Source of the DNA: an uncultured Erysipelotrichaceae bacterium
GTDB taxonomy: Bacteria; Bacillota_I; Bacilli_A; RF39; UBA660
Reading direction: 5' to 3'
Assembly (NCBI GenBank): GCA_902783985.1
Contig: CACZTI010000032.1
Coordinates: 1-39,573 of the forward strand
DNA: 39,573 bases
Shown here: one piece after another, positions 8,931 to 18,392 of the stretch
Layout of the letters: each line of letters begins with the position of its first letter
How positions within the stretch are numbered: the stretch's first letter is position 1
Notes under the pieces: model-generated
Database searches by the model: none
The model's input: the letters and a program-made list of their open reading frames with translations, nothing else
What the model was told of the DNA's origin: nothing
Position numbers and translations under genes: made by a program

Positions 8931-9991
8931 TATTCTTCTTCGCCCATTAATTTTCTTTTTTGATCTTCGGTAATTAAAGCTTCAATTATATCATCCAAAG
9001 CACCATTCATAACTCTATCCAAATTATTAGTAGTATAACCTATACGATGATCAGTAACTCTATTTTGAGGATAATTATAAGTTCTTATCTTTTCACTACG
9101 ATCTCCTGTACCAATTTTACTCTTTCTTTCACTTCCTACTTTTTCATCTTGTTCTCTTTGTTTTGCTTCATAAAGTCTTGCACGTAATACTCTCATTGCT
9201 TGTTCTTTATTTTGAATTTGACTTCTTTCATTTTGACAAGTAACAACCGTATTTGTAGGAATATGAGTAATTCTAACAGCAGAAGGTGTTGTATTAACTC
9301 CTTGACCACCATGACCAGATGCACAATATACATCTATTCTTAAATCATTGGGATTAATATCAATACTTACATCTTCTACTTCTGGCATAACTAAAACCGT
9401 CGCTGTTGAAGTTTGAATTCTTCCATTAGCTTCCGTTACTGGAACTCTTTGAACTCTATGAGATCCATTTTCATATTTAAGTTTAGAATAAGCATTAGCA
9501 CCTTTAACGATAAATTCAATCCCTGCATATCCACCAGATGCCCCTTCAGTATAATCAACAATTTCTATTTTAAACCCATTGTTTTCACAATACTTTTGAT
9601 ACATTCTAAATAAGTCACCTGCAAAGATATTCGCTTCATCTCCACCAGCAGCTCCTCTTATTTCCATAATAACATTCTTGCCATCATTTTCATCTTTTGG
9701 TATTAATAAAATCTTAAGTTTTTCTTCCATTAATTCTTTTTCACTAGATAATCTTGTAAGTTCTTCTTTGGCAAAATCAGCTATTTCACTATCTTTTAAC
9801 ATTTCTCGAGATTCTTCCATATCACTTAAAATCTTTTTATAATCTCGATATGCCATAACCACTTCCTCTAAATTTGAAAGTTCAATAGATAATTCTCTCG
9901 ATTTCTTAATATCATTTAATGTATCTTCTTGCATTAATAAATTATTAATTTCATTATATCTATTTTCTATTAAATTTAATCTCTCTATCAT
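8930..9991 (-). CDS. prfA: Peptide chain release factor 1
   Basis: PVT specificity motif, GGQ, GDRSEKIRTYNYPQ. Confidence 0.97.
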   Translation of the reverse strand: MIERLNLIENRYNEINNLLMQEDTLNDIKKSRELSIELSNLEEVVMAYRDYKKILSDMEESREMLKDSEIADFAKEELTRLSSEKELMEEKLKILLIPKDENDGKNVIMEIRGAAGGDEANIFAGDLFRMYQKYCENNGFKIEIVDYTEGASGGYAGIEFIVKGANAYSKLKYENGSHRVQRVPVTEANGRIQTSTATVLVMPEVEDVSIDINPNDLRIDVYCASGHGGQGVNTTPSAVRITHIPTNTVVTCQNERSQIQNKEQAMRVLRARLYEAKQREQDEKVGSERKSKIGTGDRSEKIRTYNYPQNRVTDHRIGYTTNNLDRVMNGALDDIIEALITEDQKRKLMGEEE

Positions 9992-10005
9992 AATATCACT
10001 CAATC

Positions 10006-10458
10006 TTAATTATTTTCTATATCCATTTCATCATCATCAACAATAACTAAATCTGATAAATCATCATCGTCATCATCACCATATGGTGTATCCTCATCAT
10101 CAGATAATTCTTCATCAAAATTAATATCATCATCGTAATTATCTTCTTCTAATAAATTACCTTCTTCATCTTCTTCTTCATCTTCATCATCATCAACACT
10201 ACTTAATAGTTTATCAGAAGTATGTCTTGTTCTTAAATCCCACATTCCATCAACTAATAAAAATCTTTTATCAGTAGTTAATGAAGTATAATAATCACCT
10301 ATTTTATTATCAATAGTATTACTAGGTAATTCCAATAATTTCACTATATTACTAAATAAATCTAAAGTATTCATACTTTTCTTTTCTTTTTCTAAAATCA
10401 AATAAGTAATATCCTTAAAAGATAAATTTTCAATATCTTCCTTTTTAATATCTTTCAT
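10006..10458 (-). CDS. rpoE: RNA polymerase delta subunit
   Basis: YT.L..D.RF....G.W.LR N-domain followed by a long acidic tail. Confidence 0.9.
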   Translation of the reverse strand: MKDIKKEDIENLSFKDITYLILEKEKKSMNTLDLFSNIVKLLELPSNTIDNKIGDYYTSLTTDKRFLLVDGMWDLRTRHTSDKLLSSVDDDEDEEEDEEGNLLEEDNYDDDINFDEELSDDEDTPYGDDDDDDLSDLVIVDDDEMDIENN

Positions 10459-10519
10459 GTTCCCTCCACATAATTAATTATCATAACACTTATATCATTT
10501 TTCTTTACTAAAATCAATA

Positions 10520-10867
10520 TTAATTTTTAAACTTAACAAAATATTCATTAACCATATTCTCTTCCATCAAAGAATATCTTACTAAATAACTATTCTTTTT
10601 CCTAGTTAAAATCAATGTTTTTATTTCTTTTATAAAATCCATTTTCAATTTTTTAGCATAAATAAAAATTTTATTTTTTTTAAAATCTAATGTAAACTCA
10701 TATTCACTATTTTCTCTTGTTATAATATCATTTTCCATATCAATAACCATTTTATTATTAGCTAAATCAATATATTTTATTACATTATTATTTTTAATTG
10801 CCATAATATTATAATTTTCTTCGTTTTTTTCTAATTTAGTATAGACTGATATTTCTTTTCTTTCCAT
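10520..10867 (-). CDS. Hypothetical beta-rich protein, possibly DUF1934/YwiB-like
   Basis: Alternating beta-strand pattern; position between rpoE and pbpG-like gene. Confidence 0.45.
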   Translation of the reverse strand: MERKEISVYTKLEKNEENYNIMAIKNNNVIKYIDLANNKMVIDMENDIITRENSEYEFTLDFKKNKIFIYAKKLKMDFIKEIKTLILTRKKNSYLVRYSLMEENMVNEYFVKFKN

Positions 10868-10954
10868 AACTCATCGTGTTTGATTATAGCATAAATTATC
10901 AAGAAATCAATACATATTTAAAAAAATTTTTTTCATAATAATAATGGTGATATC

Positions 10955-12898
10955 ATGAAATTAAAAAAAAGATTATTTAAATACTTTTTCTTTATATTAT
11001 TATTCATTATTTTTTCTATAAATGGTATTTATTTAATTGCAAAACATAAAGAAAAATTAGATATCAATAATGTTAATAGTTTTTATTTATATGATAATAA
11101 TACAAATCTTTATTTTCAAGGTAGTAATGGTAAAGAATGGGTTAAATTAAATGATATTAACCCATATGTTATTAAATCAACTATTAATATTGAAGATAAA
11201 AATTTTTATTCCCACCATGGTTTTGACATTCTAAGAATAGCAAAAGCATTATTTAATAATATTAAAAATAAAAAAATAGTAGAAGGAGCTTCCACTATTA
11301 CCCAGCAATACGCTAAAAATCTTTATTTAGATTTTGATAAAACTTTAAAAAGAAAAATAGATGAATTATGGATAACTATTCAAATAGAAACTCATTATAC
11401 TAAAGATGAAATATTAGAAGGATATTTAAATACCATTAATTATGGTCATGGCAACTATGGTATAAAAGCTGCTAGTAACTTTTATTTTAATAAAAATCCC
11501 CTTGATCTAACATTAGCAGAAAGTGTTATTCTATCAAATATTCCTAAATCACCTAATAATTATTCACCTATTAATAATCCTGAAATATCAAGAAAAAGAT
11601 TAGAAAAAACACTCAATAATCTAAAAGAAGACAACATAATTACGGATGAAGAATATCATCAAGCTTTAAATGAAGAAATAAAAATATATGGTAAAAAAGA
11701 AACCATTAATCTTAAAACATTAATGTATTACGAAGAAGCTGTCTTTAAAGAACTAAAAAGTCTTTCCGATATTCCCAAATCATATCTTGATTCAGGAGGA
11801 CTTAAAATATATACCACTTTGGATTTAAATGCTCAAACTATTTTAGAAGATAATATTAATAAAACTATTAAAAATGATAACTTAGAAGTAAATAGTATTA
11901 TGATGGATTCTAAAACCGGAGCCATTATTGCATTAATAGGTGGAAGAGATTATAACAAAAGTCAATATAATCGATCACTTTATTCTAAAAGACAAGTTGG
12001 TTCAACCATGAAACCAATATTATACTATACCGCTCTTTTAAATGGATTCACCCCATCAAGTTCCTTCCTATCAGAAAAAACAACCTTTAAAATATCACAA
12101 GATAAAACATATTCTCCCAAAAATTATGGTGATTTATATGGTAACAAAGCTATTTCTATGGCCGAAGCCATCGCTGTATCTGATAATATTTATGCCATTA
12201 AAACCCATTTATTTTTAGGAGAAAAAGCGATGATAAACACCGCATATAAAATGGGTATTAAAACCAAATTAGAAGAAATACCATCTCTTCCACTAGGTAC
12301 TATTCCTTTAAATATTATTGAAATAACCAATGCATATCAAACACTAGCAAATGAAGGAATCAAATGTGAACCATATTTTATAAGTAAAGTAACTGATATG
12401 AATGATAATATTTTATATGAACACAAAGATACATCAGAAATAGTCTTACAAAATGATTTAGTCTATATCTTAAATGAAATGTTATCCCTTACATATGACT
12501 ATGATTTAATAGATTATTCCTATCCTACCAATATTTCAATTAAAGCGTTACTTTCTAATAAATACGCTATAAAATCAGGATCAACTAGTACAGATAATTG
12601 GGTAATAGGATTTAATAAAAACGTTGTAACAAGTATTTGGGTTGGCAATGATGATAATAGTGATATTGGAGGAACTGATTATAAATATGTCAAAAAAATA
12701 TGGGCCAATACTATGGAAAAATATTTAGAAAACAAAGATAATACCTGGTATACCAAACCAAATAATGTTGTCGGAGTATTTGTAGACCCCATAACAGGAA
12801 CCCTTGCTAATAAAGATACCAAAAAAAGAAAAATATTTTACTATCTTGAAGGCACAGAACCAACTGATATCCAAGAAGTATTTCAAGAATTAGAATGA
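10955..12898 (+). CDS. Class A penicillin-binding protein (PbpG/PBP2d-like)
   Basis: TGase motifs EDKNFYSHHG and GASTITQQYAK; TPase motifs STMK, SDN, KSG; divergent orientation as for pbpG. Confidence 0.9.
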   Translation: MKLKKRLFKYFFFILLFIIFSINGIYLIAKHKEKLDINNVNSFYLYDNNTNLYFQGSNGKEWVKLNDINPYVIKSTINIEDKNFYSHHGFDILRIAKALFNNIKNKKIVEGASTITQQYAKNLYLDFDKTLKRKIDELWITIQIETHYTKDEILEGYLNTINYGHGNYGIKAASNFYFNKNPLDLTLAESVILSNIPKSPNNYSPINNPEISRKRLEKTLNNLKEDNIITDEEYHQALNEEIKIYGKKETINLKTLMYYEEAVFKELKSLSDIPKSYLDSGGLKIYTTLDLNAQTILEDNINKTIKNDNLEVNSIMMDSKTGAIIALIGGRDYNKSQYNRSLYSKRQVGSTMKPILYYTALLNGFTPSSSFLSEKTTFKISQDKTYSPKNYGDLYGNKAISMAEAIAVSDNIYAIKTHLFLGEKAMINTAYKMGIKTKLEEIPSLPLGTIPLNIIEITNAYQTLANEGIKCEPYFISKVTDMNDNILYEHKDTSEIVLQNDLVYILNEMLSLTYDYDLIDYSYPTNISIKALLSNKYAIKSGSTSTDNWVIGFNKNVVTSIWVGNDDNSDIGGTDYKYVKKIWANTMEKYLENKDNTWYTKPNNVVGVFVDPITGTLANKDTKKRKIFYYLEGTEPTDIQEVFQELE

Positions 12899-12924
12899 AA
12901 ATATCCACAAAATTGTGGATATTT
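12899..12924. terminator. Bidirectional terminator between convergent PBP and pduL
   Basis: AAATATCCACAA-aa-TTGTGGATATTT. Confidence 0.7.
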
Positions 12925-13483
12925 ATACTATAATTTCTACTTCATCACCTTGTTTTAATAAAAATCCATTAGCATCATCAGTATCAAGATGTAGTTCAAA
13001 ATAAGCTTTATCAGAATCTTTTAAATAAACATTATTTATTATACCACTTTTCTCACCGTCAATTTTGACACTAACTTTTTCTACTCCAACCAAATTATGT
13101 TTAATTCTTTCATTTTCATCAACATGTATATGTCTTGTCGCAATTATACAAGCTTTCTTGGTTATCTCTCCTTTTGGTCCTATAATAGTTATCAATGCAG
13201 CATCAAGAAGATCTCCCGAATTTCTAACAGGAGGATCAACTCCTAAATAATAAGCATCTGTTTTAGAAATTTCAACTTGTGTATAAGTTCTATTAGGTCC
13301 TAATATCCTAACACCTTCATATTCTCTTTTATTACCTTTAATAGTAACTGTTTCATTACAAGCATACATTCCCGGTTGTGTTAAATCATTTCTCTTAGTT
13401 AATGGTATATCACCAAACAATATTTTATAATCTTCTTCACATAAATGAACATGTCTATTTGATATTCCAACATTTACTTTCAT
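12923..13483 (-). CDS. pduL: PduL-family phosphate acyltransferase
   Basis: SNRHVHL, VRILGP.R..TQVEISKTD, RHIH, HLDTDDAN. Confidence 0.92.
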   Translation of the reverse strand: MKVNVGISNRHVHLCEEDYKILFGDIPLTKRNDLTQPGMYACNETVTIKGNKREYEGVRILGPNRTYTQVEISKTDAYYLGVDPPVRNSGDLLDAALITIIGPKGEITKKACIIATRHIHVDENERIKHNLVGVEKVSVKIDGEKSGIINNVYLKDSDKAYFELHLDTDDANGFLLKQGDEVEIIV

Positions 13484-13565
13484 AAATCACTCTCCATTAA
13501 CCATTTTAACACATTATATTCATAAATAAAATGATATTTCATAAAATTATTTGAAAGGTGATTTA

Positions 13566-13853
13566 ATGAATAATAATCTCTATCCAAATAATGGATATAT
13601 TAATCCAAATCCTATAATACCTAATGTTAACATCAAACAAAATACATCTACCTATGTCGAAGATTACTTAAAAAGAAATATTGATAAAATAATTGAAGCA
13701 CATGTATCATTTTGTGATTCCATTGAATGGCGTGATAGTATCTTTACAGGTAAATTAATATCAGTTGGTAAAGACTATATTGCTATTAATAATAATCAAA
13801 ATACCTTTATTATTTGGAATATTTACTTAGATTATATTGTTATTAAAGATTAA
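13566..13853 (+). CDS. gerQ: Spore coat protein GerQ
   Basis: Asn/Pro-rich N-terminus, then YVE..L..N, F..S.EW...IF.G.....G.D.I, IYLDYI as in GerQ. Confidence 0.8.
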   Translation: MNNNLYPNNGYINPNPIIPNVNIKQNTSTYVEDYLKRNIDKIIEAHVSFCDSIEWRDSIFTGKLISVGKDYIAINNNQNTFIIWNIYLDYIVIKD

Positions 13854-13911
13854 GAGAATACTTGAATATTCTCATCTTTTATTTTATAATATCATTATGG
13901 TAGGTGAAATA

Positions 13912-14460
13912 ATGAATATATATGTAATTATTTGTATAATAGTTGCTTTAATAGCATCAATAATAATTTTTTTAATCAATATTTATAATAAATATCAATG
14001 GGTACTAATAAAAATAAAAAAAGGAGAAAACAATATTGAAAGTTTCTTAAATATTAAATACGATACCTTAATGAGATATTTTGAATTTTTAAAAAGCAAT
14101 ATTACAGTTGATGAAGATGATTTTGAAGAATATAAACTATTTAATACCGAAGTATCCTTAAATAAATTAAATGATAAAATTATTGATTTAAAAAACCTAA
14201 TTAATCGTTATATGGATAATAATGAAGAATTATATAAAAATGAAACTATTACTAAAATTAATGAAGAATTATATAATATTAATTTAAGTATCAATAGTTC
14301 TAAAAAATATTATAATGAACATGTAGCCGAATACAATAATTTATGTCAATCGTATCCTTCAAAAATAATCGCTAATATTTTTAAATATAAAACAAAATCA
14401 TTTATCGATGAAGACGCTCCAGATAACTTAAAAATACTTAATCAGGAAGAACAATCCTGA
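13912..14460 (+). CDS. LemA family protein
   Basis: N-terminal TM, YN, long helices, KKYYN..V..YN.....YPS.IIA..F. Confidence 0.8.
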   Translation: MNIYVIICIIVALIASIIIFLINIYNKYQWVLIKIKKGENNIESFLNIKYDTLMRYFEFLKSNITVDEDDFEEYKLFNTEVSLNKLNDKIIDLKNLINRYMDNNEELYKNETITKINEELYNINLSINSSKKYYNEHVAEYNNLCQSYPSKIIANIFKYKTKSFIDEDAPDNLKILNQEEQS

Positions 14461-14467
14461 TTTTTTT
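14440..14467 (+). terminator. Intrinsic terminator of lemA
   Basis: AATCAGGA-N7-TCCTGATT followed by a T-run. Confidence 0.6.
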
Positions 14468-14474
14468 CATATGA

Positions 14475-14501
14475 AAATGAGGAATAAATTATTCCTCATT
14501 T
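14475..14501 (-). terminator. Hairpin after cdaR
   Basis: AAATGAGGAATAA-a-TTATTCCTCATTT. Confidence 0.6.
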
Positions 14502-14502
14502 A

Positions 14503-15867
14503 CTATTTTTTTCTAATAATAACTTTTACTTTAGTAGTTTTAGCTTCATAACTAAGTCTTACATCCTCGCCACTAACTTTTACATCAACTTCATATTCAC
14601 CAGGATTTGTACATTTTGATAAATCAATCGTAGCCGTAATTTTACTTTCATCAAGATCTTTTAAAGCATCTTCACTACCTTTAACAATAACAGATGTTTT
14701 AACATTACTTTCACTTGTTGTCATAACCGCTAAATCATTACTTAAATTTTCATGAATAATTGGTACATTACTAATTTCTTTTTGACTTTCTTTAGTTACT
14801 GTTAAATTAACTGTAATTGTCTTTATACTTATATCTCTTACACCATTAGGTTTTTTAATATTAACTGTATAAGATTTATTTTCACTTACACCATTTGTAT
14901 CAACGTAAACTGGAACAAATTCAATTTTTTCTAAAGCTTCTTCACTTCCATAAATTTCAATTGAATTAGAACTTGGTGTTAAAGACATAATAGCATATCC
15001 AAGAGCTGGTTTATCACCATCATTTGGCATAACTTTAATAGGAACTGTTTTACTTGATGATGATAGTTTAATCGTTGCATCAACTGTTTCTGGTAATATC
15101 TCTACGTTAACAACCTCACCATTATCGTCATAAGCCACTAATTTACAATTTTTAATAGTAGCTTCTCCTGCTTTAGGATTAACTAAATTACTTAAATCAA
15201 TCAAAGCTTTAACATATCCAACTTTTTGTAAAGTCTTCTCATTTCCTTTAATTGTAACCTCACTCTTACTTAGAGTAACATCTGTTATATCTAATTTACT
15301 ATCCAAACTTTCTCGATGTAATAATTCATATGTAGCTTCACGAGATGCCGATATTTTATCATATATTACAACAGTAACATAACTAGGATCTATTGTATAA
15401 TCAACAAATCCAAAAGATTGACTATATTTAAGTTCTACTTTATGAGTTCCTACTGATAATTCTCTTAAATCTACCGTTATTCCTTTAGTTGGATATTGTT
15501 TTGCAAGATAAATATTTGATTTATTACCAATTAATACTACATCCGCACTTTTAGGAATACCTTCCACTACATAACTTTCATCATTATATATAGCCGTTAC
15601 CGGTTCATTATTAAGTCTCTCAGCATAACTATTCATCATAATATTAGAATCTTTATCTAATTTATAAAAAGCAATAAAAGCAAAAATTAATGCAATTACT
15701 AGTAATGCCTTCTTTGTTGTTAAAAAGTTTTCAATACCTTTTCCATTGTTTTTAAAGAAATCACCAATTTTTAATATTACCTTCATTAATGGTGTAATTA
15801 TTATCTTATCAAAGAACATAATAATTTTACCAATAAACCTTAGTATCTTTTTAATTAATTTCTTCAT
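14503..15867 (-). CDS. cdaR: CdaR/YbbR-like diadenylate cyclase regulator
   Basis: TM followed by about 4 YbbR-type repeats (V.V.G, DL..L..G, P.V.V); immediately downstream of cdaA. Confidence 0.85.
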   Translation of the reverse strand: MKKLIKKILRFIGKIIMFFDKIIITPLMKVILKIGDFFKNNGKGIENFLTTKKALLVIALIFAFIAFYKLDKDSNIMMNSYAERLNNEPVTAIYNDESYVVEGIPKSADVVLIGNKSNIYLAKQYPTKGITVDLRELSVGTHKVELKYSQSFGFVDYTIDPSYVTVVIYDKISASREATYELLHRESLDSKLDITDVTLSKSEVTIKGNEKTLQKVGYVKALIDLSNLVNPKAGEATIKNCKLVAYDDNGEVVNVEILPETVDATIKLSSSSKTVPIKVMPNDGDKPALGYAIMSLTPSSNSIEIYGSEEALEKIEFVPVYVDTNGVSENKSYTVNIKKPNGVRDISIKTITVNLTVTKESQKEISNVPIIHENLSNDLAVMTTSESNVKTSVIVKGSEDALKDLDESKITATIDLSKCTNPGEYEVDVKVSGEDVRLSYEAKTTKVKVIIRKK

Positions 15868-16672
15868 AATCATCATCCTCCAAGGCTACTTCAACATCTT
15901 GTTTAGGTTTAAGTTCATCGATTAGCATCATCCTTGCATCATCTAAAGATAGATTATAGAATAATTCTCCCTTAACACAAATGGAAACTCTACCAGTTTC
16001 TTCACTAACAACAATACTAATGGCATCAGATTCTTCTGCAATACCTAAAGCTGCACGATGTCTTGTGCCAAGTCGTTTATTAAGACTTATACTGTTACTT
16101 GTAGGAAATACTGCTCCTGCACAACTAATTCTATTTCCTTGAATAATTACAGCTCCATCATGTAATGGATTATTAGGGAAGAAAATACTTATCAATAACT
16201 CACTTGATAAATCTGCATATAATGGTTTAGCTTTATTGATATAATCAAGTAAACTAACATCTCTTTCAATAACAATTAATCCACCAATTCTTGATTTACG
16301 AAGATAACCAACAGCATTAATTATTTCATAAACCATTTTTTCTCTCTCATCAACTGATAATGTTTTATGTCTACCTAATAATTGACTTCTACCAAGTTGT
16401 TCCAATACACTTCTAATTTCAGGTTGAAAAATAACTATAATTGCAAGAGGTCCATACATAATAACATATTCAAGTATTAAACCTAATGTATTAAGTTTTA
16501 ACCAATAACTCAACAGTTTTAATATAATAACTATTAATACCCCTTTAAATATTAAAGTCATTTTAACATTACTTTTAATATTCTTTAATATATAATAAAA
16601 CAAAAACCAAACTAATAAAACATCCAAAATGTTTCTTAAAATATCTAATATATTATCTACTATCATTTTCAT
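15851..16672 (-). CDS. cdaA: Diadenylate cyclase CdaA/DacA
   Basis: 3 TM, FQPEIR..LE.LG, PLHDGA, LGTRHRAA, VSEETG. Confidence 0.95.
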   Translation of the reverse strand: MKMIVDNILDILRNILDVLLVWFLFYYILKNIKSNVKMTLIFKGVLIVIILKLLSYWLKLNTLGLILEYVIMYGPLAIIVIFQPEIRSVLEQLGRSQLLGRHKTLSVDEREKMVYEIINAVGYLRKSRIGGLIVIERDVSLLDYINKAKPLYADLSSELLISIFFPNNPLHDGAVIIQGNRISCAGAVFPTSNSISLNKRLGTRHRAALGIAEESDAISIVVSEETGRVSICVKGELFYNLSLDDARMMLIDELKPKQDVEVALEDDDYEEIN

Positions 16673-16747
16673 GCTCCTTTTATTTATTAAGTATACCAAA
16701 AAAAAGACAAATAGTAAATAACATAATCAAAGTTTTTACAAATTCGT

Positions 16748-17560
16748 CTATTCCATAACCTCATAACAATTATCTGTAGTAAAAAAGATTTCTTTATCAA
16801 TATTTATTAAATCATTTCTAATAAAAGAATAATATCTATTACTAGAAAGTACCATTAATGTAGGATCATCATTATCTAACACTATTGCATTAATATTATA
16901 TTTGTTTTTTAAATACTTAATAATATCATCACATTTTTTACTTCTAATTAATATAACTTTATTTTGTGATACACCCAAAATTATCATATTACATATATAA
17001 TTACTAATATACAAATAACATAGTGCATATAAAATAATATTAAATCCAAAGAAATATCCTCCCATTAATAAAATCATTGTATTAATAACAAAATTAGTAG
17101 AACTTATTGATACCTTAAAATATTTATTAATAATAGGAGATATAATCCCTAAACCACTAGAAGCAAAACCATTTTTATAAATAATACCATTGCTAATACC
17201 AGAAACAATACTTGCAATAATAACAATCAAAAAAATATCACGATAATTTAACATTACAACACTGGTAATATTCTCTGTTAAATTAACAAATAATGGATAT
17301 ATTATACTTGCATAAATAATTCCAATAATACTTTTTTTATCAAGAAAGATAAACCCCAAGATAAAAGTAATAATATAAATAATAACAATAATTTGACTAG
17401 TTGATAAATTAACAATTTTACTAATAACTAAAGAAAGTCCCGGACTTCCACCACTTACTAAATTAATAGGTTTAACAAGTAAATTAAAATTAATAGCGGA
17501 TATTAAATTAGCAAAAGTAAGCATTAAATATCTTGGTAAATTCTTTTTAATTATATCCAT
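16748..17560 (-). CDS. YitT family membrane protein (divergent copy)
   Basis: LVSGG.PG, G.ASSG; shortened C-terminal DUF2179-like domain. Confidence 0.8.
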   Translation of the reverse strand: MDIIKKNLPRYLMLTFANLISAINFNLLVKPINLVSGGSPGLSLVISKIVNLSTSQIIVIIYIITFILGFIFLDKKSIIGIIYASIIYPLFVNLTENITSVVMLNYRDIFLIVIIASIVSGISNGIIYKNGFASSGLGIISPIINKYFKVSISSTNFVINTMILLMGGYFFGFNIILYALCYLYISNYICNMIILGVSQNKVILIRSKKCDDIIKYLKNKYNINAIVLDNDDPTLMVLSSNRYYSFIRNDLINIDKEIFFTTDNCYEVME

Positions 17561-18384
17561 TATTTACCACCACCAACTTCATAACTATTTGAAACAACAA
17601 AGAAGGCATTACTATCAATATTTCTTAAACCATCTTTTAATTTATAATAATCTCTTGTCGGTATAACAACAAATAAAATATATCTTTCTTCACCAGTATA
17701 AGCCCCTTTTCCTTTTAAAATAGTTACACCATGTGATAAGTCTTCCATAATAAATTTTTTTACTTCATTAGGTTTATTAGTAATAATATAAAATGATTTA
17801 TTACCACTTAAACCAAGAATAACCTTATCTATCATAACACTATAAATATATATAGATATACCAGAATATATAAAGGTTTCAAGTCCAAATACAATACATC
17901 CCATAAAAGTAATGACTAAATCAATAAAAAAGGTTAATACACCAAATGGGATATGAAAATATTTATTAAAAATCTTCGTTATAATATCCACACCACCTGT
18001 TGTATATCCTTCTTTATAAATAATTCCTAATCCAAATCCAAATAAAACACCACCAATAACTGAAGCAAGTAATCTATTATCAATTTGCAAATTAAGCTTT
18101 ACTAATACTAAATTTGTTAAATATATAAATAAAGGAAATAATATACTACCTAAAAAAGACTTTAGCATATCTTCTTTATTTAAAAACAAAAATCCAATAC
18201 CAAATAATACTACTGATAAAATAAAAATTACTAAAGCTTCAGAAAAATTAAATAAATAATTTAAAAGTACTGCAATACCTGATAATCCACCAGATACAAT
18301 ATGATATGGTGAAAAAAAGATATTAAAAGCGATAGCACAAATTAATGTACCAATTACAATAATTAAAAAACTCCTTATTTTCAT
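17560..18384 (-). CDS. YitT family membrane protein (YvjA-like)
   Basis: IVSGGLSG, G.TTGG.D, HGVT...G.GAYT, D.NAF......EV.GG; follows prfB. Confidence 0.9.
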   Translation of the reverse strand: MKIRSFLIIVIGTLICAIAFNIFFSPYHIVSGGLSGIAVLLNYLFNFSEALVIFILSVVLFGIGFLFLNKEDMLKSFLGSILFPLFIYLTNLVLVKLNLQIDNRLLASVIGGVLFGFGLGIIYKEGYTTGGVDIITKIFNKYFHIPFGVLTFFIDLVITFMGCIVFGLETFIYSGISIYIYSVMIDKVILGLSGNKSFYIITNKPNEVKKFIMEDLSHGVTILKGKGAYTGEERYILFVVIPTRDYYKLKDGLRNIDSNAFFVVSNSYEVGGGK

Positions 18385-18392
18385 AATCTACC

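Noticed and set aside
10020-10195. TCA/TCT trinucleotide-like repeats
   Set aside because: They encode the normal acidic tail of RNA polymerase delta
12899-12924. Two DnaA-box-like 9-mers (ATATCCACA) in inverted orientation
   Set aside because: Each has a mismatch, and they form the terminator stem between convergent genes; no oriC context
13655-13661. Single TGTCGAA inside gerQ
   Set aside because: Isolated and explained by Tyr-Val-Glu codons
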